Made by a program: the position numbers and the translations under genes. Source: a virus (Duplodnaviria > Caudoviricetes). From it: a stretch of DNA of 64,000 bases. Positions 1-9,863 of the stretch are shown here, in pieces (within the stretch, counting starts at the first letter, position 1; each line of letters opens with the position of its first letter). The notes below the pieces were generated by a model, which was not told the DNA's origin, ran no database searches, and was given only the letters and a program-made list of their open reading frames with translations. Location of the stretch: positions 1-64,000 of IMG/VR virus record IMGVR_UViG_2897081166_000001; one strand, 5' to 3'.

Positions 1-2643
1 CGCACTCAACTTCCTCATCCCGATCGTCGTGAAGGTGCTGGGCTGGATCGCACAGCTCGCCACGATCGTCGGGAAGGTCGTCAAGGGCATCGTCGCCGGG
101 TTCAAGTGGCTGTTCGACGTCCTCCTCGGCCACAGCATCATCCCCGACATCGCACGCGGCGCCATCAGGTGGTTCACCGACCTCAAGGACAAAGCGCTCC
201 GGATCTTCACTGGGACGGGCTCAAGGCCCTCGTCAAGGCGCCCATCAAGTTCTGGATCGACGTCGTCTACAACAAGGGCATCGTCTCCGTCTGGAACAAG
301 ACCGCGGCGAAAATCCCCGGTGTCCCCGACCTCAAGCCGATGAGCATGCCGAAGGGCTTCGCGCGCGGTGGGATCCTCCCCGGCCAGTCGTCGTGGCGGC
401 AGGGCGACGACCAGCTGGTGCCCATGCGCCGCGGCGAGGGCGTGTACGTCTCCGAGGCGATGCGCGACCCGTATGAGCGGGCCCGGCTTCACGCCGTGAA
501 CCAGGCCGCCATGCGCGGTCAGTCCCTCCGCCAGTTCCGCGGTTTCGCGGAGGGCGGGATTTTCGACGGCATCACCAACGCCGTCGGCAGCGTCCTCTCC
601 AAGGGCGCCGACGTTGCCCGCGGCGGTCTCGCCGACCTGGCTGAGTCCGCGTTCTCCCCGGTGAAGAAGGGCATCACCAAAGCCCTCGGGAAGAACAAGT
701 CCGGCTGGCCCGGCATGATCGCCCAAGCCCCGATCGGGCTGATCGACAAGGCCATCAACTACATCCGCGGCAAGGACATCGTCGAGGGCACCGGGCAGTG
801 GCTCAAGCCCGTGAGCGCCCCCTACGGCACCCCGTTCGGCAAGCCGGGGCTGATGTGGTCCAGCGGCCGGCACACCGGTCTCGACTTCCCGGCGAAGACC
901 GGCACGCCGATCCGGGCAGTGGACTCCGGGGTCGTCCGCCAGGCAATCGACTCGGGGCCTTACGGCAAGCACATCGAGATCAACCACGGGTCGGGCCTGT
1001 CGTCCCTGTACGCCCACATGTCGGCCATGCTCGCGAAGGCGTCGGACACGGTGAAGCGCGGCCAGCAGATCGGCCGTGTCGGAGCCACCGGCAACACCAC
1101 CGGCCCCCACCTCCACCTCGAAGCCCGCATCAACGGCAAGACCGTCGACCCCATGCGCTACCTCGACGGAGGAGGCGACGGGGGTGGCGGTGCTGGGGTG
1201 GAGCGGTTCCGGGGTGTCGTCACCCAGGCCCTCGGGCAGGTCGGCCAGTCCCTCACCCTGGTCAACACCACGCTCCGCCGCATGAACCAGGAAAGCGGCG
1301 GCAACCCTCGGGCCGTCAACCGCAACGACATCAACTGGATCAACGGCACGCCCAGCGTCGGGCTCATGCAGGTCATCGAGCCGACCTACAACGCCTACGC
1401 CGGGAAGTACCGCAAGACCGGACCCAAGATGTACGGGGTGTCCGTCGACCCGATGGCGAACATCTACGCCTCCATGCGGTACGCCCTGTCCCGCTACGGC
1501 TCCCTGTCCCGGGCGTACAACCGGCCCGGCGGGTACGCCCTCGGCGGCATCGTCGGCGGCGGGGTACAGATCAACACCGGGCTCCGCAACCCCGGGTACG
1601 CCACCGGCGGCATCATCCGAGTCGGCGGCAAGAGCATCGACACCGGCCCCATCGCAGCGTCGGTCGGCACGAACTTCCTCAAGAGCCTCGCCGGAACAGC
1701 ATCCGCGATCGACAAGGCCATGACCACCGTGGCCACCGCGGTGAAGAATGCATTCAAGGGCGTCAAGACGACCCTCGACGACCGACTCATCAAGAACCTC
1801 AACGCGCAGAACAAGACCCTCCAGAAGCTCGCCGGGCAGCGCGACGCCCTCACCGCGAAGATCGCCCAGGCCAAGGCGTTCGCCACCGAAACCACCGCGA
1901 ACGCCAGCAACTTCACCGCCCTCACCAGCCTCCCCAACAGCGGCCTCCCGTTTGGTGCGGACGGCATCCTGTCCGGCCTGCAAGTACGCCTCGGCCAACT
2001 CCAGTCTTTCTCAGCGAATCTGGCGACCCTCGGCAAGCGGGGCCTGTCGAAGGAGTTCCTCGGGCAGCTCATCGCCGCCGGCCCGGACCAAGGTGCGCCC
2101 TACGCGGCGGCGTTGGTGAAGGCGACCGACGCCCAACTCAAGTCGATCAACGCAACCCAGGTGCAGATCGGGAAGGCCGCCACCGCCTACGGGCAGTCCG
2201 CCGCCGACGTCATGTACGACGCCGGGGCCATGTCGGGGAAGGGCTACCTTGCCGGGCTAAAGGCGCAGGAGTCGGCGATCGTGAAGGCGATGGCCGACCT
2301 GGCGAAGAAGATCCAGAAGACCATCAAGGTCGAACTGAAGATCAAGTCCCCGTCGCAGGTGCTGCGAGCCCTGGGCCGGTTCACCGGGCTCGGCTATGTG
2401 GGCGGTGTCCGCGAGACCATCCCGCAGGCCGCAGCAGCAGCCGTCTCCATGGCCCGCACCGTCCGGTCCGCCGCCGCGGCCACCATGGCACGCACTGAGG
2501 TCAGCACCGTCAACAACACGGCCGGTGACCGGATCTTGAACTACCACGCACGGACAACTGAGGTGGCCTCCAGGCGGAGCATCCTTGACGCGCTTGACGC
2601 CCAGGACTTGCTCCACCGCCCTGTCATGAGCGGAGCCAACTGA
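1..2643 (+). CDS. Tail tape measure protein, C-terminal part (5' truncated by window), with M23 peptidase and SLT-like transglycosylase domains; frame break near nt 210
   Basis: Amphipathic W/F repeats in frame 2 up to about 210, continuing in frame 1 (WDGLKALVKAP). M23 motifs HTGLD, LYAH, TGPHLH; transglycosylase QESGG...SVGLMQVI; C-terminal IKSPS motif typical of tape measures. Confidence 0.9.
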   Translation, partial: RTQLPHPDRREGAGLDRTARHDRREGRQGHRRRVQVAVRRPPRPQHHPRHRTRRHQVVHRPQGQSAPDLHWDGLKALVKAPIKFWIDVVYNKGIVSVWNKTAAKIPGVPDLKPMSMPKGFARGGILPGQSSWRQGDDQLVPMRRGEGVYVSEAMRDPYERARLHAVNQAAMRGQSLRQFRGFAEGGIFDGITNAVGSVLSKGADVARGGLADLAESAFSPVKKGITKALGKNKSGWPGMIAQAPIGLIDKAINYIRGKDIVEGTGQWLKPVSAPYGTPFGKPGLMWSSGRHTGLDFPAKTGTPIRAVDSGVVRQAIDSGPYGKHIEINHGSGLSSLYAHMSAMLAKASDTVKRGQQIGRVGATGNTTGPHLHLEARINGKTVDPMRYLDGGGDGGGGAGVERFRGVVTQALGQVGQSLTLVNTTLRRMNQESGGNPRAVNRNDINWINGTPSVGLMQVIEPTYNAYAGKYRKTGPKMYGVSVDPMANIYASMRYALSRYGSLSRAYNRPGGYALGGIVGGGVQINTGLRNPGYATGGIIRVGGKSIDTGPIAASVGTNFLKSLAGTASAIDKAMTTVATAVKNAFKGVKTTLDDRLIKNLNAQNKTLQKLAGQRDALTAKIAQAKAFATETTANASNFTALTSLPNSGLPFGADGILSGLQVRLGQLQSFSANLATLGKRGLSKEFLGQLIAAGPDQGAPYAAALVKATDAQLKSINATQVQIGKAATAYGQSAADVMYDAGAMSGKGYLAGLKAQESAIVKAMADLAKKIQKTIKVELKIKSPSQVLRALGRFTGLGYVGGVRETIPQAAAAAVSMARTVRSAAAATMARTEVSTVNNTAGDRILNYHARTTEVASRRSILDALDAQDLLHRPVMSGAN

Positions 2644-3581
2644 TGCCGATCCTGGTCGCCTCATCAACCCCGCCGCAGGAGCAGCCGCCGTGGGAGTGGC
2701 CACCGCGTCTCATCGAGATGCCGCTCGTCAGCTTCACCGACCCCGCGGGGGTGACGACGCTCCTCACGGACTGGGAGCACGGCTGGGTGGTGCAGCCCGG
2801 CATCAAGGGCCTCGACATGCCCGACTACGCCATGGCCACCGACGAGTCCCCTGGGATCGACGGCTACGAGGTGCGCCAGGTCCGCGCCCAAGGCAAAACG
2901 ATCAGCATCCCCATCGCGTTCTGGGCCAACGACTCCCGGGCCGCCTACCTGGCCCGCCGGCGCACGTTCATCCGCGCCCTCAATCCCAAGCGCGGGCAGG
3001 GCACCCTGACCCTGACCCAGCCGGACGGAAGCACCCGCAGCATCGGCGTCCGCTACCAGGACGGCATGGAAGGCGACGAGTCCCTCGACGCCGCAGGCGC
3101 CCGGTGGTGCATCGCGGTGATCACCTTCGCCGCCCCGTCCCCGTACTGGACCGGGGGAGAGGTCACCAGCGAATGGCGAAACGGCACGGGCGGCGACTTC
3201 TTCCCGTTCCTGCCGCTGACCGTGGGCGACTCGCAGGTGCTGGGGTCGGTCACTGTCGACAACGACGGTGACGACGATGCCTTCCCCGTGTGGACGATCA
3301 CCGGCCCGGCCACCTCGGTCACCCTCACCAACACGACGACCGGGGAGACCCTTGCCCTGACCCGCACCATCACGGGCACGGACACCATCGTCATCGACAC
3401 CCGCGAACGCCGCCAGACCGCGCTCCTCAACGGGGTCACGAACCTGTGGCCCAACTTGTCCGACGCCTCCTCCCTGTGGGCGCTGGAGACCGGCGTCAAC
3501 GACCTCACCCTCACCGTGGCCGGCTCCACGTCGGCCACCTCGGTCCGCATGACATACCAGCCCCGCTACCTGGCCGCCTGA
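2643..3581 (+). CDS. Distal tail (Dit-like) protein
   Basis: Follows tape measure with TGATG overlap; motifs GIKGLDMP, PSPYW, NDGD..AFPVWTITGP seen in actinophage tail proteins. Confidence 0.8.
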   Translation: MPILVASSTPPQEQPPWEWPPRLIEMPLVSFTDPAGVTTLLTDWEHGWVVQPGIKGLDMPDYAMATDESPGIDGYEVRQVRAQGKTISIPIAFWANDSRAAYLARRRTFIRALNPKRGQGTLTLTQPDGSTRSIGVRYQDGMEGDESLDAAGARWCIAVITFAAPSPYWTGGEVTSEWRNGTGGDFFPFLPLTVGDSQVLGSVTVDNDGDDDAFPVWTITGPATSVTLTNTTTGETLALTRTITGTDTIVIDTRERRQTALLNGVTNLWPNLSDASSLWALETGVNDLTLTVAGSTSATSVRMTYQPRYLAA

Positions 3582-3594
3582 GAGGAGGACCCCC

Positions 3595-4767
3595 ATGCCA
3601 AGCCCCGCACTTCGCGTCTACGTCCGCAACCCCGCCCTGGAGAGGATCGGTCAGGTCGACGACTACACCAGCCTCACCGTCATACCCCGCTACAACGCCA
3701 TCGGGTCCTTTGTCCTGGAGATCTCCGCCGACTCGGGGAAGGCCGGGTTGTTGGTCGAGGGCAACGGGCTCATCATCCGCACCGTCGACGGAACCTTGGT
3801 GGACTCCGGGCCGATCCGCACCGTCGACTGGTCCCGCTCCAAGGACGACTCAGGGGCCGGGAAGCTCACCATCGGCGGGGTCTCCGACACGGAGATGCTG
3901 GCCCGCTACACCTGCTGGCCGGCTCCCGGCAGCGCGATCGGGTCGCAAGCGGACGCCGTGTACAAGATCAGCGCAGTGGTGGCCGAGACGGCCATGCGGA
4001 CCCTCGTCAACGTGAACGCCGGCCCCGGGGCGCTGGCGTCACGCAAGAACGCGCTGCTGACGCTCGCGGCCAACGGGAACCGCGGGCCGGCGATCACCCG
4101 GCAGCTCAACCAGTTCGACTCCCTCTTTGCCGTTCTTCAGGACATCGCGAACGCCGCCGGGCTCGGGTTTCGCGTCGCCCAGGTCGGCTCTGGCCTCCAG
4201 TTCCAGGTGTACGAACCCGTCGACCGCAGCGGCACCGCACGGTTCGCGTTCCGGCTGGGGAACCTCACCGACGCCAACTACTCGACGACGCCGCCCACCT
4301 GCACCCGGGCCATCGTCGTCGCTGGCGGGCAGTCCTCGCCCCGCCAATGCAAGACCTACGACCGGATGGATGCGTTGTTCCCCGGCCTGGCCCTGGAACA
4401 GTTCGTCGACCTCACGAGTGTCGACACCGCGTCCGTCGACCTGGCCGCGCAGATGGACCAGGCCGCCGAGGAAGCCCTCACCTCGGGGGCAGGGCAAGGG
4501 TCGCTGGCCATCAGCCCGATCGACATCCCGCAACTCCGCTACGGACGCGACTACCAAGTCGGCGACACCGTGTCCGCAATGGTCCGCGAATCGTGGATGA
4601 CCGACGTCGTCCGCGAAGTCACCCTCGCCTGCACTGCCACCGACGGGGTGACCGTGAAGGTGGCCGTCGGCTCCAGCGACGGCGACGGCACAGTCGCCCG
4701 CATCTACAAGTTTCTCGCCCAGCTCAAACGAGACCTGGGCAGAGTCAAGACCCGGAAGGCGGCCTGA
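3595..4767 (+). CDS. Minor tail protein (ReqiPepy6 Gp37-like)
   Basis: Position after Dit; GAGGAG RBS; C-terminal YGRDYQVGDTV motif. Confidence 0.8.
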   Translation: MPSPALRVYVRNPALERIGQVDDYTSLTVIPRYNAIGSFVLEISADSGKAGLLVEGNGLIIRTVDGTLVDSGPIRTVDWSRSKDDSGAGKLTIGGVSDTEMLARYTCWPAPGSAIGSQADAVYKISAVVAETAMRTLVNVNAGPGALASRKNALLTLAANGNRGPAITRQLNQFDSLFAVLQDIANAAGLGFRVAQVGSGLQFQVYEPVDRSGTARFAFRLGNLTDANYSTTPPTCTRAIVVAGGQSSPRQCKTYDRMDALFPGLALEQFVDLTSVDTASVDLAAQMDQAAEEALTSGAGQGSLAISPIDIPQLRYGRDYQVGDTVSAMVRESWMTDVVREVTLACTATDGVTVKVAVGSSDGDGTVARIYKFLAQLKRDLGRVKTRKAA

Positions 4768-4768
4768 G

Positions 4769-5776
4769 ATGGCTGAGTTCTCCGCGCCGTTCGACGGCTC
4801 CCCGATCGCCACCCAGTCCCAGTGGTCCCGCATGGCCCGCAGGTGGGGGATCGACGGGGTCCACGCCTCCGACCCCGCCGACACCGCCCTCAAGATCAGC
4901 GGAAACGGCAGCGGCAACGTCGTCCTCCAGGCAGGCGAGGCCTTCGTCAACGGGTTCTACTACCTCAACGACACGACGAAGAACATCCCGATCACCGCGA
5001 ACCTGGGCACGACAGCCCGCGTCGACATGGTCGTCCTGCGGGCCTCCATGAGCGCCAAGACCGTCCGCGCCGCCTACAAGACCGGCGGCAGCAGCGCCCC
5101 AACCCTCGCCGCCGACGAGAACGGCGACTACGAGATGCCGCTCGCCCAGTGCACCGTTGCCGCCGGATCCTCCGTCGTTACCGCCGTCAACGTTCTCGAC
5201 CGCCGGTGGTTCACCGACCGCGGCGCCGTCCCCGGTCTCCCCGGCGCCCGACGCCCGAGCGTGAGGGGGCAGCTTCTCGTCGAGGGCACGAAGCTGTACG
5301 TCGGCGACGGGGCCGGCTGGCAGTGGCTCACGTCGCCGGGTGTGGAGGAGGACACGTACACCCCGCAGTGGACCGTCGGCAGCACCACCATCCAATGGGG
5401 TGCGTCAGCCACGAACTTCGGCAGGTACACGGTGCGCGGCAAGCGCGTCGACCTCCTGATCCACCTGGTCCCGTCCGCGAACCCGATCTCCTCCACCGAG
5501 CCGATCATGGTGTCTTTGCCGCCTGGATACCCGGCCGCCTCCCACCACCGGTCAATCCTCAACTGGGCATTCACCGGCACCGCCGGCGACGGCATCGGCA
5601 GTGCCGTCATCTACCCCACCCTGTCCACCACGAAGATCGCCCGCCTGCGGTACGCCATGAGCAACAGCGTCAGCAGCACCGTGCCGCCCGAGGTGTTCAC
5701 CATGCACACCAACCAGCCGTGGCCCATGCGCGCCGGGGATGTCCTGACCATCGACGGCTCCTACTGGCTCGCCTAA
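4769..5776 (+). CDS. Minor tail / baseplate protein
   Basis: Position in tail operon; GEAFVNGFYY, RVDMVVLR, YEMPLA motifs resembling actinophage minor tail proteins. Confidence 0.7.
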   Translation: MAEFSAPFDGSPIATQSQWSRMARRWGIDGVHASDPADTALKISGNGSGNVVLQAGEAFVNGFYYLNDTTKNIPITANLGTTARVDMVVLRASMSAKTVRAAYKTGGSSAPTLAADENGDYEMPLAQCTVAAGSSVVTAVNVLDRRWFTDRGAVPGLPGARRPSVRGQLLVEGTKLYVGDGAGWQWLTSPGVEEDTYTPQWTVGSTTIQWGASATNFGRYTVRGKRVDLLIHLVPSANPISSTEPIMVSLPPGYPAASHHRSILNWAFTGTAGDGIGSAVIYPTLSTTKIARLRYAMSNSVSSTVPPEVFTMHTNQPWPMRAGDVLTIDGSYWLA

Positions 5777-5794
5777 CCCCCGAAAGGACACACC

Positions 5795-7570
5795 ATGCGA
5801 CACCTCTTCGGGGGCACGACCTCGGACTACGCCATGCAGCAGGTCGGCAACCAGCTGCTGCTCCGCCCCGGCGCCACAGGCACCGTGTGGAACGCGGTTG
5901 TCGGCGGCACCCAGCTCGTCGATCTGACCGACACCAGCGGTGTGCCGATCACCAGCGTGGTCGCCGCAGCCGACGGGTCGGTGTCCTTCTACGGGCCTGA
6001 GGATGCCACCGAATGCTTCATCGACTTCGGGTTCGGCCGCCGGTACACGCTGATCGCCTCCGACATCGCGAGCACTGTCTCCGCCCGCCTCAACAGCTTG
6101 GTGGCGACGGCCGCCGACGACGCGGCGGCAAAGGCGACCGCAGCGCAGGCGGCAGCCACCGCGGCTGCCGCTTCGTCGGCAGCGGCCCTCTACCTGCCGA
6201 ACGCGATCACCACCATCGACGCACTGCTCGGCGGCGTGACGCCGGCGGCCCCCGTGTACTTCGGGCACCGTGGCGGGGGCATGGTGCGCCCGGAGCACAC
6301 GCTGGCCGGCTACCGGGCTACCGGGGCGATGCGGTACCCGCTGGAGATCTCCGTCAACGTCGACGCCAGCGGGGAGCTGTGGTGTCTGCATGACCCGACC
6401 GTGGACCGGACGACGAACCGGACGGGGTTGCTGAGTTCGTTCACGACGGAGGAGGTCGCCCAGCAGATCCAGACGAACAGCCGGCCGCTGTTGGGGGCCG
6501 GGTGGGCGGAGCAGAGGCTGGTTCCGTTGAGGCAGGTGCTGGATGAGTTCCTCGGCAAGGTCCCGATCCTGCTGGAGCCGAAGGCGAACGACGCGGTGGT
6601 GCCCACCCAGCAGCTGTTGGACGCCTCGTACCCGCATGCTCCCCGGTCGGTGATCTGGAAGGCTCACATCGGGACGCTCAGCTTGCCGTGGGCTAAGGCG
6701 CGCGGGTACCGGACGTGGGTGTACCTGGACTCGGGCACCACCGACGCCACCATGGACGCCAAGGACGCCAACGTCGACTACTGGGGCGTCAACACGACGT
6801 TCTCGGATGCTCGCATTTCGCAGGTGGTCGCGCGCGGGAAGCCCGTGTTCGCATGGGCGGTGTACCGGCGCAGCCAGGTTGCCCGCCTGACTGGGCTGGG
6901 GGTGGTCGGGATGATGTCGTCGGATCCCCGGTACGTGTCGACGTCGGCTCCTCAGCGGACGGCGTCCCGGTGGGATCTGCAGGTCAAGGAGTCGGGGTGT
7001 ACGCCGACGATCGACTACGACGAGACCTACGCCTTGCAGTTCGCCCCGTCTCCGGATGTGGGCTGGGTGTCGGTGGCGGCGGTTCCGTTCCAGTCGGTGG
7101 GGTTGGGCACGTACTGCCCGATCGCGGTGGGGGCGGGCGGGTACCGACTGTCGTTCGATATGAAGTTCAAGGTGCTGCCCGCCAGCACCCTGCACGGGGG
7201 GATCTACTTCGGGAAGCAGTCGGACGATCCGTACAGGTTCTCCCAGTCGAACGCCACGGGGGGCTACCACTTGGTGATGCGGGCGAACGGCCAGATGCAG
7301 CTGAACAAGCACACTGCCGGGGTGACGTCGGGAACGACGATGGGCTCGGTGATCGCGACGACAGCTCCGACGGCTGACGGGGTGATGAGCTTCCAGGTGG
7401 ATGTGACGCCGACGACGGTGGAGGTGCGGCGCACGGACGGCACTGGGTGGACGACGGGCGCGTTGGCGGATACGACGTACCGGGGCGGCTACTTCGGGCT
7501 GTCGAATGGGTCGATCACGGATGTGGCGACCCGCCCGTACTGGCGGAACCTGGTGGTCACCCAGTTGTGA
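5795..7570 (+). CDS. Tail-associated glycerophosphodiester phosphodiesterase (GDPD)-domain protein, copy 1
   Basis: GHRG, PEHT, CLHD.T.DRTT, LEPK motifs; Ala-rich linker; beta-rich C-terminal domain; AAAGGA RBS. Confidence 0.8.
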   Translation: MRHLFGGTTSDYAMQQVGNQLLLRPGATGTVWNAVVGGTQLVDLTDTSGVPITSVVAAADGSVSFYGPEDATECFIDFGFGRRYTLIASDIASTVSARLNSLVATAADDAAAKATAAQAAATAAAASSAAALYLPNAITTIDALLGGVTPAAPVYFGHRGGGMVRPEHTLAGYRATGAMRYPLEISVNVDASGELWCLHDPTVDRTTNRTGLLSSFTTEEVAQQIQTNSRPLLGAGWAEQRLVPLRQVLDEFLGKVPILLEPKANDAVVPTQQLLDASYPHAPRSVIWKAHIGTLSLPWAKARGYRTWVYLDSGTTDATMDAKDANVDYWGVNTTFSDARISQVVARGKPVFAWAVYRRSQVARLTGLGVVGMMSSDPRYVSTSAPQRTASRWDLQVKESGCTPTIDYDETYALQFAPSPDVGWVSVAAVPFQSVGLGTYCPIAVGAGGYRLSFDMKFKVLPASTLHGGIYFGKQSDDPYRFSQSNATGGYHLVMRANGQMQLNKHTAGVTSGTTMGSVIATTAPTADGVMSFQVDVTPTTVEVRRTDGTGWTTGALADTTYRGGYFGLSNGSITDVATRPYWRNLVVTQL

Positions 7571-7574
7571 TTAC

Positions 7575-7626
7575 TTGCCTGGTTCGCTGACTTTCCCGCT
7601 TGAGGGAAGCGGCGGACCAGGCAAGC
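7575..7626. terminator. Inverted repeat between convergent operons
   Basis: CTTGCCTGGT...ACCAGGCAAG arms with an inner TTCCC/GGGAA stem. Confidence 0.55.
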
Positions 7627-7647
7627 GAGCCGGAGGGCCGGGCCCGG

Positions 7648-7821
7648 TCATGACCGTGACGCCGCCCAGAGGGCACCGAGTAGGCAGAACCATGTGGCTA
7701 CTGCCAGCACGACCACGACGGGGTTCGGGTCGTTGAAAAAGCGGACGGCCCAGAGCGCGCCTATGAGGAGCGCCCCGAGGTACAGGTACCGATCGGAGTG
7801 CCGGGTCTTCTTGCTGCTCAT
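7648..7821 (-). CDS. Small two-TM membrane protein (57 aa, absent from ORF track)
   Basis: MSSKKTRHSDRYLYLGALLIGALWAVRFF...; ATGA coupling to the upstream gene. Confidence 0.6.
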   Translation of the reverse strand: MSSKKTRHSDRYLYLGALLIGALWAVRFFNDPNPVVVVLAVATWFCLLGALWAASRS

Positions 7822-8129
7822 AGGTGGTCCCGCCAGTTCATGCCGTAGGGGAGTGCACCAGGGTCTGCTGCGGGCTCACCGTTGTCGTACTGGTCGACGG
7901 TGAGGGTCATGCCGGCGCCGGTGCAGTCCACTTCGGTGACCTTGCCGAAGGCGATGATCCTGCCGGTGGCGGGGTCGGTGCAGGCGACGAAACGGCCAAC
8001 GAGCGGGTCAGGGGCGGGCTCGGTGCGCGAGGTGCACCCGCACGCCTGGTCGTTGATCAGGAGGAGCCCGCAGTCCGGCTTGGGGCAGCGGATGGCCGAC
8101 TGGATGGGGTCACCCAGGCGGCAACTCAC
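7818..8129 (-). CDS. Hypothetical protein with Cys cluster
   Basis: GTGA-coupled gene in the minus-strand operon; CPKPDC...CGC. Confidence 0.55.
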   Translation of the reverse strand: MSCRLGDPIQSAIRCPKPDCGLLLINDQACGCTSRTEPAPDPLVGRFVACTDPATGRIIAFGKVTEVDCTGAGMTLTVDQYDNGEPAADPGALPYGMNWRDHL

Positions 8130-8263
8130 GGCGTCCACCCTTCGACGGCGGCCCAGATGAGGCTGGCAGCAAGGAGGGTAAGCGCGATGGCCAGCCATGT
8201 CATCGGGAGGGTGATGAGGTCCGCCACGAACTGGCGGCAGGCGCTACGGGGCCTCTCGGTCAC
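8126..8263 (-). CDS. Small single-TM protein (45 aa, absent from ORF track)
   Basis: MTERPRSACRQFVADLITLPMTWLAIALTLLAASLIWAAVEGWTP; GTGA overlaps at both ends. Confidence 0.55.
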   Translation of the reverse strand: MTERPRSACRQFVADLITLPMTWLAIALTLLAASLIWAAVEGWTP

Positions 8264-8568
8264 TTCGCCTCCTTCGTCATTGCGGTCGGTGGTTCGACAA
8301 GGCATGGTGTGGTGCGCTCCTCCGTCAGCGGCTCGCCCCTGTCGCTGGGGTCGACGCGGATATGCCCGTCGGCGCTGAGCACGAACGCGGCGTAGTGGAT
8401 GGTGCGGTTGCCGGGCGGCCCTGTGACGGTGATGTCCCGACGAGGGATGCGCAGGGGGATGTTGTTCGCCTGGAGCCAGTCCTTGACCTGGTCGTGGAGC
8501 GGGCTATCCCAGAACGGGTCGTCGTCCGAAGGGGCGGACACCGTAGTTGTGGGGCTGAGGACGCTCAC
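8260..8568 (-). CDS. Hypothetical protein
   Basis: Coupled ORF with GGAGG RBS. Confidence 0.6.
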   Translation of the reverse strand: MSVLSPTTTVSAPSDDDPFWDSPLHDQVKDWLQANNIPLRIPRRDITVTGPPGNRTIHYAAFVLSADGHIRVDPSDRGEPLTEERTTPCLVEPPTAMTKEAK

Positions 8569-8813
8569 GTTGCCTCCGGGTCGATGAGGTCTGCGGCGCT
8601 GGCGACTCCTCGGCAGAAGTCGCACCCTTCGGCGCAGTGGGCACTGACGGGTGCGCTGCCGACACCGAAGTGGGTGCGCTGCCTGTTGGCGAGGTAGCGG
8701 GCGTGCTGATTGAGGACCGTCTTAGCCGCGTGCTCAGCTTGCTCCGGTGTGTGAGCCACGGAGAAGAGGGCCACGAGGGTCGAGCGAGGATCGGGCGCGG
8801 GGAGGCTGCTCAT
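8565..8813 (-). CDS. Hypothetical protein
   Basis: Coupled ORF with CxxxCxxC motif. Confidence 0.6.
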   Translation of the reverse strand: MSSLPAPDPRSTLVALFSVAHTPEQAEHAAKTVLNQHARYLANRQRTHFGVGSAPVSAHCAEGCDFCRGVASAADLIDPEAT

Positions 8814-9073
8814 GTCGTCTCCTGGCTGTCGAGCGCCTGGATGGTGGCGCAGGGGTGTGCGGTGGGTGGGTTGTCGGTGCTGCCGTCGGCCCATCCGGAG
8901 CACTCGACGCAGATGGTGCGGCCACCGTGCTCGACCGGGCGGTGCAGAGCGCGGACGCGCTGGATCGCTGCTGCGGAGCTTGTGGCGCCTGCTGCTATCT
9001 CGGCGAGTGTCAGCTCGTCGAAGTCCTCCAGCATCTGATGTGCACCCTCACTCAGGTCATCCCAGGCGGTCAC
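8810..9073 (-). CDS. Hypothetical phage protein
   Basis: RVRALH...ICVEC...HPCATIQAL pattern common in actinophage small proteins. Confidence 0.65.
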   Translation of the reverse strand: MTAWDDLSEGAHQMLEDFDELTLAEIAAGATSSAAAIQRVRALHRPVEHGGRTICVECSGWADGSTDNPPTAHPCATIQALDSQETT

Positions 9074-9462
9074 GGGCGTTCCCTCGCTTCGTCTTCGATG
9101 CCGAGTGACCCCCGAAGCCGGTGGAGGCGTTCCTGGGGCCAGCAGGTGAAGCGGCCCTGCTGTACCGCGTCGGCAACCTTCGGGTCGGACGATGCATACG
9201 CCCGCGACAGAAGCCGCAGCCACTCCACGTCCGTCCACCGCACGTCCCGGTGGTAGCAGCGGGGGCCCGATCCCCGGGCGTCGGCCGGCGGGCAGCCGAT
9301 CTCGACCGGGCCGCCGGACACTTCCTCGATGACGAGGTCGCATCCGGGGTGGAGTGCGCTTCCGGTCTTGATGGTGTCGGCTGCGTCTCCGGGGGTCCTG
9401 TGCTCGGTGCTGTGGGTGGCCGGGTCGTGGGACACACAGAGGACGTAGTAGTTGCTGCTCAT
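9070..9462 (-). CDS. Hypothetical protein
   Basis: Coupled ORF starting MSSNYYVLCVSHDP. Confidence 0.6.
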   Translation of the reverse strand: MSSNYYVLCVSHDPATHSTEHRTPGDAADTIKTGSALHPGCDLVIEEVSGGPVEIGCPPADARGSGPRCYHRDVRWTDVEWLRLLSRAYASSDPKVADAVQQGRFTCWPQERLHRLRGSLGIEDEARERP

Positions 9463-9863
9463 GAGTACATCCCGAGGTGGTGGAGGCGGTCGACTATGCG
9501 GCTGGTGAGGTTGCCGACGAGATAGGCGAGGACCTCTTCGTTGTCGAGGTCGTCGTTCGGGTGGCCGTGGTCGGGTTGCCAGTCGGTGCGGTAGATGCCC
9601 ATGGCCGCGTGGGTAACCTCGTGGACGACGATGCTGGTACCGAGGCGTTGTCTCCATAGTCGGATGAGGGCGGCGGTGGTCCCGCCGTCCGTGTACGCGT
9701 GGCAGACACCCAGCGCCTCCGCGAAGTGGAGCGGCTCCGCGCCGACGTACCGAGTCGCCGCATCGCGAAGCTCCGCCAAGTCCTCATAGACCTGGACCGC
9801 GACGCGGCGAAGGGGCCCTGCGGCACGGGTGGAGACGCGGAACTGGCAGGCGAGGTCAGCCAC
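9459..9863 (-). CDS. Small HExxH zinc-metallopeptidase-like protein
   Basis: IVVHEVTHAAM...NEEVLAY motif. Confidence 0.55.
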   Translation of the reverse strand: MADLACQFRVSTRAAGPLRRVAVQVYEDLAELRDAATRYVGAEPLHFAEALGVCHAYTDGGTTAALIRLWRQRLGTSIVVHEVTHAAMGIYRTDWQPDHGHPNDDLDNEEVLAYLVGNLTSRIVDRLHHLGMYS

